From Flavobacteriales bacterium (lineage in GTDB: Bacteria > Bacteroidota > Bacteroidia > Flavobacteriales_D > UBA2798): a DNA stretch of 38,905 bases. Position 1 is the stretch's first letter. Each line of letters begins with the position of its first letter. Of this stretch, positions 1 to 9,815 are shown one piece after another. Both the position numbers and the translations under genes were made by a program. The stretch covers positions 1 through 38,905 of the forward strand of contig JBIKKU010000003.1 in assembly GCA_044360245.1 (NCBI GenBank), read 5' to 3'. The notes below the pieces were generated by a model, which was not told the origin of the DNA, ran no database searches, and saw only the letters and a program-made list of their open reading frames with translations.

Positions 1-1
1 T

Positions 2-2320
2 GCCACTACTGCCGCAGGTGCAACGTATGCATGGAGCGGTCCGAATGGATTTACCTCTGCATTACAAAATCCAACAATTGCCTCTGCAACAACGGCAGCA
101 AGCGGAACATACACGGTAACTGTGACTGCAAATGGTTGCTCCTCTACCTCTACGGTGAATGTTACTGTAAACGCAGCACCAACAACTACTGCAGGTTCGA
201 ATTCTCCGATTTGCACGGGTACTGATTTAAACCTGACAGCAACAACTGCAGCTGGTGCAACATATGCATGGAGTGGTCCAAACGGATTTACTTCTGCACT
301 GCAAAATCCTACCATTGTTTCAGCCACACCCGGCGAAAGTGGAACGTATACCGTAACCGTTTCTGCAAATGGATGTTCTACAACTTCAACCGTAACAGTT
401 TCGGTTAACTCAACATTTGATGCTACCATCACTGTTGTTGGTCCATTCTGTGTAAATGATCCATCGATTACCTTAACTGCAGTTGATGGAGGAGGAACAT
501 GGAGTGGTCCGGGAATTACCAATGCAACAACCGGAACATTCGACCCATCCACAGCAGGAGTTGGAACAGTAACCATTCAATATTTGATTCCGGGTTCTTG
601 CGGTGATACTGCAACAACTACCATTACCATGACAGGTACTGCCGATGCAAGCATAACGCCTGCCGGTCCATTCTGCAATACTGCCGCTGCTGTTACGCTG
701 AGCGCTGCAACTCCCGGCGGAACATGGAGTGGAACCGGAATTACCAATGCAACTACCGGAACATTCGATCCTGCCATTGCCGGTGCCGGATCTCACACCA
801 TCACCTATACCATTGCCGGAGCTTGTGGAGATACTCAAACCACAACCATTGTAGTAACCACACAACTAGATGCGACCATTACTCCTGCCGGGCCATTCTG
901 TGCGTCCAATGCAAATACTTTCCTCGCTGCGGTAGATCCGGGTGGAATTTGGAGCGGTCCGGGCATTGTGAATGCAACAACCGGTGAATTCAGTCCTACC
1001 AATGCAGGCGCAGGAACACACACCATTACTTACACCATTTCGGGTTCTTGTGGCGATGTGCAAACCACTTCCATTTTGGTTATTGCAGATGCCAATGCGA
1101 CCATCACACCTGCCGGTCCATTTTGTATTGCAGATCCTGTTTTCACTTTAACCGCGGCACAAACCGGAGGAACCTGGAGTGGAAACGGAATTACCAATGC
1201 GGCAACAGGAACATTCGATCCTGCAACTGCAGGCGTAGGCACACATACCGTAACTTACACCATTAGCGGTGTATGCGGCGATGTGGGGACTTTAGACATC
1301 TTGGTTTATGCACAAGCCAACACCACCATTACTGCAGTAAACCCAATGTGTACAGACGCAGCGGCTATTACCTTAAATGCTGCAACACCGGGCGGAACAT
1401 GGAGCGGAACCGGCATTACCAATGCTGCAACGGGAACATTCGATCCTTCGGTTGCAGGTGCAGGAACGCATACGATTACCTATACGATTAGCGGCTCATG
1501 TGGAAACACGAGTACAACAAACATTACGGTGAATCCACTTCCTGTAATTTCCTTTAGTTTGGACGTGAATTCAGGATGTATTCCTGTGGCTTCCACCTTT
1601 AGCAACACTACACCAAATGCCAATTCCTGCACCTGGGCCATCAACGGAAACACAGTCAGCAGCAATTGCGGTGGATTTGCGCAAACGTTTAATGTGGCAG
1701 GTTGCTATGATGTTACGCTAACAACTACCGACAATAGCGGATGTACATCCAGCTCTACCATCAACAGTATGGTATGTGCTTACGATATTCCGGTAGCCGA
1801 TTTCAGTTATTCGCCTTTGCAAACGAATGTGCTCGATCCTGTAATTGATTTCACCAACCTATCGAGCGGCGCAACAAACTACCAATGGGTTATAGCCAAT
1901 GTTGACAGTACCACAACCATCAACCCATCTTACACTTTCCCCGATACCTCTGCAGGAAATTACGAAGTCTGTTTGTGGGCATACAATACAAACGGATGTG
2001 TAGATTCTACTTGTCAAATCATTACCATTTATGATGAATTCCTACTCTATGTTCCGAATGCCTTTACTCCTGATGCAGACGGAAAGAATGAAATATTTTT
2101 ACCTATTGTAAAAGGACTTGATCCAATGGAATACGAATTGTTGATTTTCAACCGTTGGGGAGAACTTGTTTACAATACACAACGCATCGATGGTGGTTGG
2201 GATGGAACGTACAAAGGACAAAAAGCCAAACAAGATGTATATGTTTGGAAAATAAAAGGCAAGAAAACAGAAAATGGTGAACGTGTAGTTTATTATGGAC
2301 ACGTCACGCTCTTAAAATAA
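2..2320 (+). CDS. T9SS type B (gliding motility-associated C-terminal domain) surface protein with Ig-like repeats and PKD domains; 5'-truncated by the window edge
   Basis: Frame is open from position 2 (ATTAAGATYAWSGPNGF...). The C-terminus has the type B CTD signature YVPNAFTPDADGKNEIF...IFNRWGELV...GWDGTYKG...DVYVW...GHVTLLK. PKD-like motifs present (PVADFSY, FTNLSSGATNYQW). Confidence 0.9.
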   Translation, partial: ATTAAGATYAWSGPNGFTSALQNPTIASATTAASGTYTVTVTANGCSSTSTVNVTVNAAPTTTAGSNSPICTGTDLNLTATTAAGATYAWSGPNGFTSALQNPTIVSATPGESGTYTVTVSANGCSTTSTVTVSVNSTFDATITVVGPFCVNDPSITLTAVDGGGTWSGPGITNATTGTFDPSTAGVGTVTIQYLIPGSCGDTATTTITMTGTADASITPAGPFCNTAAAVTLSAATPGGTWSGTGITNATTGTFDPAIAGAGSHTITYTIAGACGDTQTTTIVVTTQLDATITPAGPFCASNANTFLAAVDPGGIWSGPGIVNATTGEFSPTNAGAGTHTITYTISGSCGDVQTTSILVIADANATITPAGPFCIADPVFTLTAAQTGGTWSGNGITNAATGTFDPATAGVGTHTVTYTISGVCGDVGTLDILVYAQANTTITAVNPMCTDAAAITLNAATPGGTWSGTGITNAATGTFDPSVAGAGTHTITYTISGSCGNTSTTNITVNPLPVISFSLDVNSGCIPVASTFSNTTPNANSCTWAINGNTVSSNCGGFAQTFNVAGCYDVTLTTTDNSGCTSSSTINSMVCAYDIPVADFSYSPLQTNVLDPVIDFTNLSSGATNYQWVIANVDSTTTINPSYTFPDTSAGNYEVCLWAYNTNGCVDSTCQIITIYDEFLLYVPNAFTPDADGKNEIFLPIVKGLDPMEYELLIFNRWGELVYNTQRIDGGWDGTYKGQKAKQDVYVWKIKGKKTENGERVVYYGHVTLLK
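419..1543 (+). repeat. Five in-frame 225-bp (75-aa) tandem repeats within the T9SS cargo protein
   Basis: Units start at 419, 644, 869, 1094 and 1319. Consensus DATITPAGPFC...GGTWSGxGITNAxTGTFDPxxAGxGTHTITYTIxGxCG, two Cys per unit. Confidence 0.9.
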
Positions 2321-2335
2321 TTCGTGAATCAAAAG

Positions 2336-2366
2336 AAAAAGTCCCGCAGGTGTTGCGGGACTTTTT
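2336..2366. terminator. Bidirectional intrinsic terminator
   Basis: aaaaagtcccgca-ggtgt-tgcgggacttttt hairpin with A and T tracts, between convergent genes. Confidence 0.85.
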
Positions 2367-3292
2367 TATTTACGAATAATCTTTTTCAATTTACTTCCCC
2401 ATCGCGCCAAAAGCGGTTTTTCGCCTCTTTGCAGCGAGGTGTATGCAACATCTTTAGCACCGAATTTTTTATAAAATCCTGCAATGTTCGGGATGCGACT
2501 TCCTCCAAAATCCAAGGTATGAAATCCGCTTGGAGCAGTTTGAAGCACATGATCGAACAAAAGAAACATAGCCCCATTGGAGCGACCAACAGCATTTGAT
2601 GTTCCTTTGAGGTAAGTTATTCTCCCATTGAAATACCAGAAAAACCCAATGGCCATTAAGCCTTGATCGTTGCTTACTTCAACAACTCTTCCCAATCCTT
2701 TTTTTATTCCTGTTTTCATTAAGGTGCGTAAACGCTCATAATGTTCGGATTTTAAATCACGTATATCGGCACCTTTTTCTTGCTGAAAAAACTTAATGAG
2801 CAAATCAACATTCTCTGAATCTTTTACGCGCAATGCATCGGAATGTGCTTTCTTGAGCATGCGTCGGGTATTTTCGGAATAGGCTTTGCGCAAATGTTCC
2901 ATGGATCCCGAAATTTCAAGTTCCTGAAAAATCCATGTTTCTTTTTTCCATGATTGAGGAAGATCCACCTCTGCAAGTTGCATGCAAAAATGAACATGAC
3001 GGTATTGCTCCGGAATTTTCTCCAACATTTCAGAAAGCAATTCTTCTTTTTTCAATCGGGCATAACGCGCGAAAAAAGGTTGGTAAATGTTGGAAAATCC
3101 GGGGCGGGATTTAAAACACAACGGGAAACAGGATTGCGTTTCGGGATCAACAATTCCCATCCAATTTTCAGCAACCGCATCCAAATAAAAACTCAACTGG
3201 TAGATGCCTCCTTGAGGATCGGTTGAGATGCATTTATCCCAACTCAGTTTATCCAATTCGCCGGATGGATATAATCGAAAATCAGATTTCAT
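2366..3292 (-). CDS. GNAT-fold / FemAB-like acyltransferase family protein
   Basis: 308-aa ORF with WDKCI...IYQLSFYLDAVA, YSENTRRMLKKA and C-terminal GAMFLLFDHVL...LDFGGSRIPNIAGFYKKFGA typical of this family. Confidence 0.7.
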   Translation of the reverse strand: MKSDFRLYPSGELDKLSWDKCISTDPQGGIYQLSFYLDAVAENWMGIVDPETQSCFPLCFKSRPGFSNIYQPFFARYARLKKEELLSEMLEKIPEQYRHVHFCMQLAEVDLPQSWKKETWIFQELEISGSMEHLRKAYSENTRRMLKKAHSDALRVKDSENVDLLIKFFQQEKGADIRDLKSEHYERLRTLMKTGIKKGLGRVVEVSNDQGLMAIGFFWYFNGRITYLKGTSNAVGRSNGAMFLLFDHVLQTAPSGFHTLDFGGSRIPNIAGFYKKFGAKDVAYTSLQRGEKPLLARWGSKLKKIIRK

Positions 3293-4580
3293 GATGATCT
3301 TCGAGGTAATTGAGGTCCTTGCCGAATGTCTCTTTCAGTTTCCAGGCGCCATAAAAAGCAAGTGCAATGAAAATCATTCCCACTACCAAAGCTCCCGTGC
3401 CTTTGGGCATTCCGATAAAAATCAGAAAACCGAAAAGACCGGTGACAATATTTACGGAGCCTCGCACAAAGTTCGGAACGGTATTGGCAGCAGTAGATCG
3501 GATGTTGGTACCAAATTGTTCTGCAGCAATCGTAACGAAAATAGCCCAATACCCGGTGGCAGTACCTAACAGAAAGCACATGAAATAATACGTCTCTTTG
3601 GATACACCGTGCATGAAAAACAAAAACAGAATGACAAATGCAAAGGACATGATCAGGTAAATGTACACGACCAATTTCCGGCTGCGTAAAATCTGACTAA
3701 GAATTCCGGATAACAAATCACCAACGCTCAATCCGATATAGGCATACATCACAGCCACACCATTGGTTACACCTTCAACACCCAAATAGGGAGCAAAGTC
3801 GTCTTTGGAATTCATTACCAATAATCCGATAACGTACCAAATGGGAATACCTACCAGTATGCAATAAATGTATTTCTTCAGGTTGTTTTTATTTCGAAAA
3901 ATGAGGGAGAAGTCCCCTTTTTTTATTTTGCTGTCGTTGTGCAAATCCTTAAACATGCCCGATTCGATGGTACCTACGCGCAACAAAAGCAATAACAAGC
4001 CCATCAGTCCACCCACAATATACGCCACCTGCCAATTGGCAAAGGGAATACCAACCATATTTTCAAAAAAAGCCCCTATGGCTTCTCCCTTGGCCCCCAC
4101 AAGCGATGCCACTACTGCTCCCAATGCTCCGAAGGTGACGATGATCATGGTTCCATAACCGCGCGTCTCTTTCGGCATCAATTCCGAAACCAAAGTGATT
4201 CCTGCACCAAGTTCACCGGCTAATCCAATTCCGGCAATGATTCGGACTACAGCATAGGTAGGGACATCCACCACAAAAGCATTCAAAATATTTGCGGCAG
4301 AATACAGGAGGATAGAACCAAACAACACTTTCAGTCTTCCTTTTTTATCGCCCAAAACACCCCAAATCACACCTCCGATAAGCATTCCAAGCATTTGCAT
4401 GTTGAATAAAAACTTACCCGTTTCGGTGCGTTCTTCTGCTGATGCCATGGCCATGATCTGTTCCAGGCTTTCCGATTTTACTACGCCAAAAAGAACCAAG
4501 TCATAGATATCTACAAAGTAGCCTAAAGCAGCAACGATGATGATGAGAATATACGCGCGTGAATTCGATTTACCCTGCAT
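3282..4580 (-). CDS. MFS transporter
   Basis: About 12 hydrophobic segments, GYFVDIYDL in TM1, motif A GVLGDKKGR, and RIIAGIGLAGELG. Confidence 0.9.
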   Translation of the reverse strand: MQGKSNSRAYILIIIVAALGYFVDIYDLVLFGVVKSESLEQIMAMASAEERTETGKFLFNMQMLGMLIGGVIWGVLGDKKGRLKVLFGSILLYSAANILNAFVVDVPTYAVVRIIAGIGLAGELGAGITLVSELMPKETRGYGTMIIVTFGALGAVVASLVGAKGEAIGAFFENMVGIPFANWQVAYIVGGLMGLLLLLLRVGTIESGMFKDLHNDSKIKKGDFSLIFRNKNNLKKYIYCILVGIPIWYVIGLLVMNSKDDFAPYLGVEGVTNGVAVMYAYIGLSVGDLLSGILSQILRSRKLVVYIYLIMSFAFVILFLFFMHGVSKETYYFMCFLLGTATGYWAIFVTIAAEQFGTNIRSTAANTVPNFVRGSVNIVTGLFGFLIFIGMPKGTGALVVGMIFIALAFYGAWKLKETFGKDLNYLEDHHEI

Positions 4581-4637
4581 AATAGCGTGAAAATACGAAA
4601 AAGCAGCATGTTTTTGTATCTTCGGACAAACACTCTT

Positions 4638-4931
4638 ATGCGCAAGTTTACTTTTCTTCTTTTAGCCTTGTTTCTGACTTTTGGCGTTTACCAAAGTTCA
4701 TGTAAATCGTTAGCCAAAGCAGCAGCCAAACATTGGACAAAAAAACAAATCCGGAATTTTGCCAAAAACTGTGAGGAAAAAGTCAAGGGCAAACTCTCCG
4801 AAGAAAAAGCAAGTAGCTTTTGTTCCTGTGCATCAGAAGCTATTTCTCAGGATTATTCGCTTGAAGATGCGAACTTGATGGATGGCATAAAACTCCTGAA
4901 AGTGGCCGCGAATTGTGCGCTCAATATTTAA
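4638..4931 (+). CDS. Small Cys-rich exported protein, probable lipoprotein
   Basis: ATG at 4638 gives MRKFTFLLLALFLTFGVYQSSC (signal peptide plus possible lipobox Cys), then W...F...C...FCSC...C. Its stop codon overlaps the trpA stop (ttaa, 4928-4931). Confidence 0.65.
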   Translation: MRKFTFLLLALFLTFGVYQSSCKSLAKAAAKHWTKKQIRNFAKNCEEKVKGKLSEEKASSFCSCASEAISQDYSLEDANLMDGIKLLKVAANCALNI

Positions 4932-5692
4932 TCCGTATTCTCAGAAATTTCCTTCAAAAAAAGTGCTTCGCGATTTTCCATTTGCGATCGAATAAATGCT
5001 GAGCCTATAATGGTTCCTTTGGCATAAGGCAAAATTGATTTTCGATGCGCTGCGTTTGAAATTCCAAATCCTGCCAGTACCGGCGATTTCAATTGCATTG
5101 CGTTTAAACGTTTTAAAAAGCTGCGGACATCTTCTTCCATAAAGGTTGAATTTCCGGTTGTTGCGCTTTTGGTAACTGCATAAATAAACGTGTCCGATAA
5201 AGCATCAATTTCGCGAATCCGATTTTCAGGCGTTTGTGGATCAACCATAAATACCGGTGAAATTCCCGAATTTAAAAACACATCACCCAAAATTTTCTTT
5301 GTCAATTCAGGAGGCAAATCGGGAATGAGCAAAGCGGAAATCCCAACCCGCCTCGCCTCTTGCACAAAACGTTCCAGCCCAAAAGCCAAAAGTGTATTTA
5401 AGTACCCCATCATCACGACAGGGATCGGCAATTCACCCTGAAATACACTTAATTCATGAAATATTATCTCCAAATTCATTCCGCCATTTAAGGCTTGTGT
5501 AGAGCTGAATTGAATGGTTGTACCATCTGCAACGGGATCAGAAAATGGAATTCCCAATTCAACAAAATCGACATGTGCATCCCGCAATTTCAAAAGCTGA
5601 TCTGAAATAGTGCGATGAGCAGGATATCCGGCAGTAAAAAAAACCGAATGCATTTTTTTATCCTGCTGTAAAACGTTTTTTAGTGTATTCAT
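4928..5692 (-). CDS. trpA: Tryptophan synthase alpha subunit
   Basis: [35 protein letters not shown] and GFGIS motifs; position in the operon. Confidence 0.97.
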   Translation of the reverse strand: MNTLKNVLQQDKKMHSVFFTAGYPAHRTISDQLLKLRDAHVDFVELGIPFSDPVADGTTIQFSSTQALNGGMNLEIIFHELSVFQGELPIPVVMMGYLNTLLAFGLERFVQEARRVGISALLIPDLPPELTKKILGDVFLNSGISPVFMVDPQTPENRIREIDALSDTFIYAVTKSATTGNSTFMEEDVRSFLKRLNAMQLKSPVLAGFGISNAAHRKSILPYAKGTIIGSAFIRSQMENREALFLKEISENTD

Positions 5693-6897
5693 TCTTCTAA
5701 ATTTTTTGGAGCATTGTTCATGTAATCACCATAAGTACTCATGTCCTTATCCCCTCTTCCCGATAAATTAATAACGACCACTTCTTCTTTTTTCAATTTT
5801 AATTTACTCAAAACTGCCAAAGCATGCGCCGATTCCAAGGCCGGAATGATGCCTTCTTTGCGGGTGAGAAAAAAAGCAGCGTCCAATGCTTCCTGATCGG
5901 TGATGGCATGAACTTTTGCTCTTTGCGTGTTGATTAAAGCGGCGTGCAGCGGACCAATTCCGGGATAATCCAAACCCGCAGAAATGGAATGCGCTTCTTG
6001 TACTTGCCCGAATTCATCCTGCATCAAAAGCGAATAACTTCCGTGCAATACACCGGGTTTACCAAGCACGGATGTCGCCGCAGAAAAACCGGAATCAATT
6101 CCTTTTCCCGCAGCTTCGGCGAGATGCAATTTCACTTTTTGGTTTTCAATAAAATGATAAAACGCTCCCGCAGCATTGCTACCTCCACCAACGCAGGCAA
6201 TAACATGATCGGGAAAATTTCTTCCTTCTTTTTCCAGCAATTGAATTTGTATTTCCTCACTGATCACCGATTGCAGTTGCGCAACCATATCGGGATAAGG
6301 ATGCGGTCCGACAACAGATCCAATGATGTAATGCGTATGCACCGGATCATTGATCCACGCGCGAATCGCTTCGTTGGTGGCATCTTTTAAGGTTTTACTT
6401 CCACTTGTTGCAGGAATAACTTTAGCACCTAGCATCTGCATGCGCTGCACATTCGGCAATTGCCTTTGCATGTCTTTCTCCCCCATGTACACCACACAGT
6501 CCAGACCCATTAAAGCACAAGCCGTGGCAGTAGCAACACCATGCTGACCCGCTCCTGTTTCGGCGATGATGCGCTTTTTTCCGAGACGTTGAGCTAATAA
6601 AATCTGTCCCAGCGTATTGTTGATTTTATGCGCTCCGGTGTGGTTTAAGTCTTCACGTTTGAGGTAAATGCGCGATTGAAAAAACGTACTTAGATTTTTT
6701 GCCAAATACAATGGAGTTGGTCGACCCACATAATCGCGCAACAAACCCCGAAACTCCTGCTGAAACTGATCATCATTCAGAATCTCCAAATACTTTTCCT
6801 GAAGTTCCAAAACGGCAGGACGAAGCATTTCAGGAATAAAAGCACCGCCAAAGTCTCCATAAAAACCTTGCGGATTTGGATGTAGTAAACTGTTCAT
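5689..6897 (-). CDS. trpB: Tryptophan synthase beta subunit
   Basis: [15 protein letters not shown] (PLP lysine), [23 protein letters not shown] and NLSGRGDKD. Confidence 0.99.
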   Translation of the reverse strand: MNSLLHPNPQGFYGDFGGAFIPEMLRPAVLELQEKYLEILNDDQFQQEFRGLLRDYVGRPTPLYLAKNLSTFFQSRIYLKREDLNHTGAHKINNTLGQILLAQRLGKKRIIAETGAGQHGVATATACALMGLDCVVYMGEKDMQRQLPNVQRMQMLGAKVIPATSGSKTLKDATNEAIRAWINDPVHTHYIIGSVVGPHPYPDMVAQLQSVISEEIQIQLLEKEGRNFPDHVIACVGGGSNAAGAFYHFIENQKVKLHLAEAAGKGIDSGFSAATSVLGKPGVLHGSYSLLMQDEFGQVQEAHSISAGLDYPGIGPLHAALINTQRAKVHAITDQEALDAAFFLTRKEGIIPALESAHALAVLSKLKLKKEEVVVINLSGRGDKDMSTYGDYMNNAPKNLEE

Positions 6898-7508
6898 ACC
6901 GGAATATTTAAAGCATTAAAAAACTGTTGAATCAAAACAACATCCTTTTTCCCGGGAGCTGTTTCAAAGCGGCTATTGACATCAATTCCCAAACAATTGG
7001 GGAACATTTCCATGGCCGATGCAACAGCGGTTACATGTTCCGGACCAATTCCTCCACTCAATAAAAACGGCACCTTCAAGGAATACCTTTTCAATAAATT
7101 CCAGTCGAAACGCACTCCGTTACCACCACGTTGTTCACCACGCGCATCGAATAAAAACAAAGCACAATAAGCAGCATAATGCTCAAGAATTTCAAATTGA
7201 AAAACAGGTGAAACCGAAAATGCTTTGATCACCTCGATACCGCGATCATGCAATAACCTGCAATAGTCAGGATTTTCATCACCGTGCAACTGCACTGCAT
7301 CCAGATGATAGATTTCTACATGTTGTATGACTTCTTCCGGAGATGCATTCACAAAAACGCCAACTTTTTTTCCCGGATAGGCTGCCACTTCTTCCGGAGA
7401 AAGCGTGCAATTGCGGGGACTTCCGGAATAAAAAATAAATCCGGTGTAATCCGATTCAGGAAAATTTCCTGTGTATGGTTGATTGATTCCACAAATTTTT
7501 GTTTTCAT
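6894..7508 (-). CDS. trpF: Phosphoribosylanthranilate isomerase
   Basis: [42 protein letters not shown] and DVNSRFE. Confidence 0.95.
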   Translation of the reverse strand: MKTKICGINQPYTGNFPESDYTGFIFYSGSPRNCTLSPEEVAAYPGKKVGVFVNASPEEVIQHVEIYHLDAVQLHGDENPDYCRLLHDRGIEVIKAFSVSPVFQFEILEHYAAYCALFLFDARGEQRGGNGVRFDWNLLKRYSLKVPFLLSGGIGPEHVTAVASAMEMFPNCLGIDVNSRFETAPGKKDVVLIQQFFNALNIPV

Positions 7509-8263
7509 TTTAAGCGCAATTGATTTGATGTTAAAAATTGAGTCCCAATTAAAAATCCACGGTATCCCAAATCCTGCAATTCCTTTAGTTCGGAAAAAGA
7601 AGAGATGCCGCTTTCGGAAATGAACAAGCGGTCGACCGGAAGATGTTGCGACAGTCTTCTTGAAACGTTCAAGTCAGTAACCAGCTCATCCAAATCGCGG
7701 TTGTTGATTCCTATAATATCGGCTTTCGACTGAATGGCCATATCCAATTCCTGTTCATCGTGCACTTCCAACAACACCTCCATTCCAAGATCCCGGGAGC
7801 GTTGAATCAAATCGAACAATATTTGTTTTTCCAGCAATCGTGCAATCAGCAAAACGGCATCAGCTCCATAGGCTTTCGACTCGTAAATATGATAAGGCTG
7901 AAATAAAAACTCTTTTCGTAAAACCGGCAACTGAACGGTAGATTTCACTTCCTGCAAATCCGACAAACTTCCTCCAAAAAAACGGTGGTTCGTTAGTACA
8001 GAAATTCCGGCAGCTCCGGCATTTTGATAATTCATAGCCATCTCAGAAGGACTTCTCAATCCGGGGAACAAACCTGCGGATGGTGACTTCCTTTTGTATT
8101 CGGCAATCACCGGCAAGGGTGCTTCCTGAAGACTCGATGAAAGCGATCGGCATGGCGATGCATACATAGGCATCTCCTTTAATAAAGCAACCGATACACG
8201 TGCATTTCGCAATAACACATCCTGTTCTTCGGCAGCAACAATCTGTTGTAACAAGGATTTCAT
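7505..8263 (-). CDS. trpC: Indole-3-glycerol-phosphate synthase
   Basis: IAEYKRKSPSAG, ISVLT, LRKEF, LLEVH, GINNRDL and SESGI. Start placed at the ATG at 8263, which overlaps the trpD TGA. Confidence 0.96.
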   Translation of the reverse strand: MKSLLQQIVAAEEQDVLLRNARVSVALLKEMPMYASPCRSLSSSLQEAPLPVIAEYKRKSPSAGLFPGLRSPSEMAMNYQNAGAAGISVLTNHRFFGGSLSDLQEVKSTVQLPVLRKEFLFQPYHIYESKAYGADAVLLIARLLEKQILFDLIQRSRDLGMEVLLEVHDEQELDMAIQSKADIIGINNRDLDELVTDLNVSRRLSQHLPVDRLFISESGISSFSELKELQDLGYRGFLIGTQFLTSNQLRLK

Positions 8264-9252
8264 ATACACGACACTAATTTGTTAAACGACATAAACGCTC
8301 TTCCGGAACGAAGCGATTCCAAGGCTATTGCAAAAGCATCCTCTGGTTTTAATTCATCGTATTTGCAGAGAATTCCCATTGCCGCATTGGCTGCAACAAC
8401 ACGTTCTTGTTCCGGAGTGGCTTTGTTTTTTAATACATTCAAAAAGATATTTGCAGCAGATTTCACATCTGTTCCGGCATGAATCTGTTCCGGCAAAACA
8501 CCTGATGTTCCGAAATAATTTACACCGGCAACCGCTTCACCTTTGTGCGAATGGTAACGAAATCCGCCGGTCAGGGAAACTTCATCGTAACCATCATCTG
8601 CGTGAAGCACTACAAATTTTTTCTCTTCTTGCTGAAATAAATAAGCATACGTTCTTGCCAACTCACGATCGAAAACTCCCGACACTTGAAGTCTGGGTTG
8701 GGCAGGATTGACAAGCGGTCCGAGCATATTAAAAAAAGTTTTTACACCCAATTCTTTTCTGGCTTGAGCAACATGTCGCAATGCCGGATGAAACAATGGG
8801 GCATGCAAAAAACATAAACCTGCATGTTCCAATTGTGTATTCAAGTCATCGGGATCGGAGGAAAAACGATATCCCAAATACTCCAAAACCGTTGATGATC
8901 CACATATCCCGGAGACACCATAATTTCCGTGTTTGGCCACAGGAATTCCGGCACCCGCCAAAACAAATGCCGACAAAGTGGAAATATTGAACGTGTTTTT
9001 TCCATCGCCACCTGTTCCGCAAACATCCATGAGTTCTCCGTCCGGTAAGTCTACTTTTACTGCAAGGTCCAATAAGGCATTTCTGAATCCGTTTAATTCC
9101 GACAGATTCGGGCGACGCATGTTGTAGGCCATCATCACCGCAGCTTGTTGCGCCGGATTGACCTCACCTGTTCCAATCCGAAGCATCAGTTCATAGGCTT
9201 CTTTTTCCTGCAAGGACTGATGTTCTTGTAATTTCTGAATAAATGCTTTCAT
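8260..9252 (-). CDS. trpD: Anthranilate phosphoribosyltransferase
   Basis: DVCGTGGDGKNTFNIST, KHGN, FNMLGPLVNP and DGYDEVS. Start placed at the ATG at 9252 (ATGA overlap with trpG). Confidence 0.97.
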   Translation of the reverse strand: MKAFIQKLQEHQSLQEKEAYELMLRIGTGEVNPAQQAAVMMAYNMRRPNLSELNGFRNALLDLAVKVDLPDGELMDVCGTGGDGKNTFNISTLSAFVLAGAGIPVAKHGNYGVSGICGSSTVLEYLGYRFSSDPDDLNTQLEHAGLCFLHAPLFHPALRHVAQARKELGVKTFFNMLGPLVNPAQPRLQVSGVFDRELARTYAYLFQQEEKKFVVLHADDGYDEVSLTGGFRYHSHKGEAVAGVNYFGTSGVLPEQIHAGTDVKSAANIFLNVLKNKATPEQERVVAANAAMGILCKYDELKPEDAFAIALESLRSGRAFMSFNKLVSCI

Positions 9253-9815
9253 ATACTTTTTAAAAAATTGGCAATGCATTTTTTTCCATCCGGACTTAAA
9301 ATACTTTCCGGGTGAAACTGTACTCCTTCAACGGGATATTGTTTGTGACGAATTCCCATCACCGTTCCATCCTCCAAACGCGCCGTCAATTCAAGTTCAT
9401 CGGGAAGTTCCTTTTCAACTACCCAGCTATGGTATCTTCCAACATGGATCTGTTTGGGTAATCCCGAATACAGCGGAGAATTTCCAAGATGCTCCATGAG
9501 ACTACTCTCTCCATGAACGGGGAAGGAAGTATTGCATAATTTTCCTCCAAAAACTTCAGCAATAGCCTGATGTCCGAGACATACCCCTAAAATGGGTTTT
9601 CTTTTAAATTCTCGTTCAATCACTTCTTTGAGGTATCCTGCTTCATCAGGAATTCCCGGTCCTGGCGACAACACAATAGCGTCTTCTATTACTTCTTGTT
9701 TGAGGAGATTATCATCGTTCAACACCACTTTTACCCGAGCACCTTCTTCTTTTAGGTATTGGAACAGGTTGTAGGTGAAACTGTCGTAGTTATCGATTAA
9801 CAATATGTTTTTCAT
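9249..9815 (-). CDS. trpG: Anthranilate synthase component II (glutamine amidotransferase)
   Basis: IDNYDSFTYNL, LSPGPG, LGVCLGHQ, RYHS and GVQFHPES. Confidence 0.97.
   Translation of the reverse strand: MKNILLIDNYDSFTYNLFQYLKEEGARVKVVLNDDNLLKQEVIEDAIVLSPGPGIPDEAGYLKEVIEREFKRKPILGVCLGHQAIAEVFGGKLCNTSFPVHGESSLMEHLGNSPLYSGLPKQIHVGRYHSWVVEKELPDELELTARLEDGTVMGIRHKQYPVEGVQFHPESILSPDGKKCIANFLKSI

Noticed and set aside
473-1665. Multiple short overlapping Cys-rich ORFs in other frames
   Set aside because: They are by-products of the 225-bp repeats and codon bias of the main CDS.
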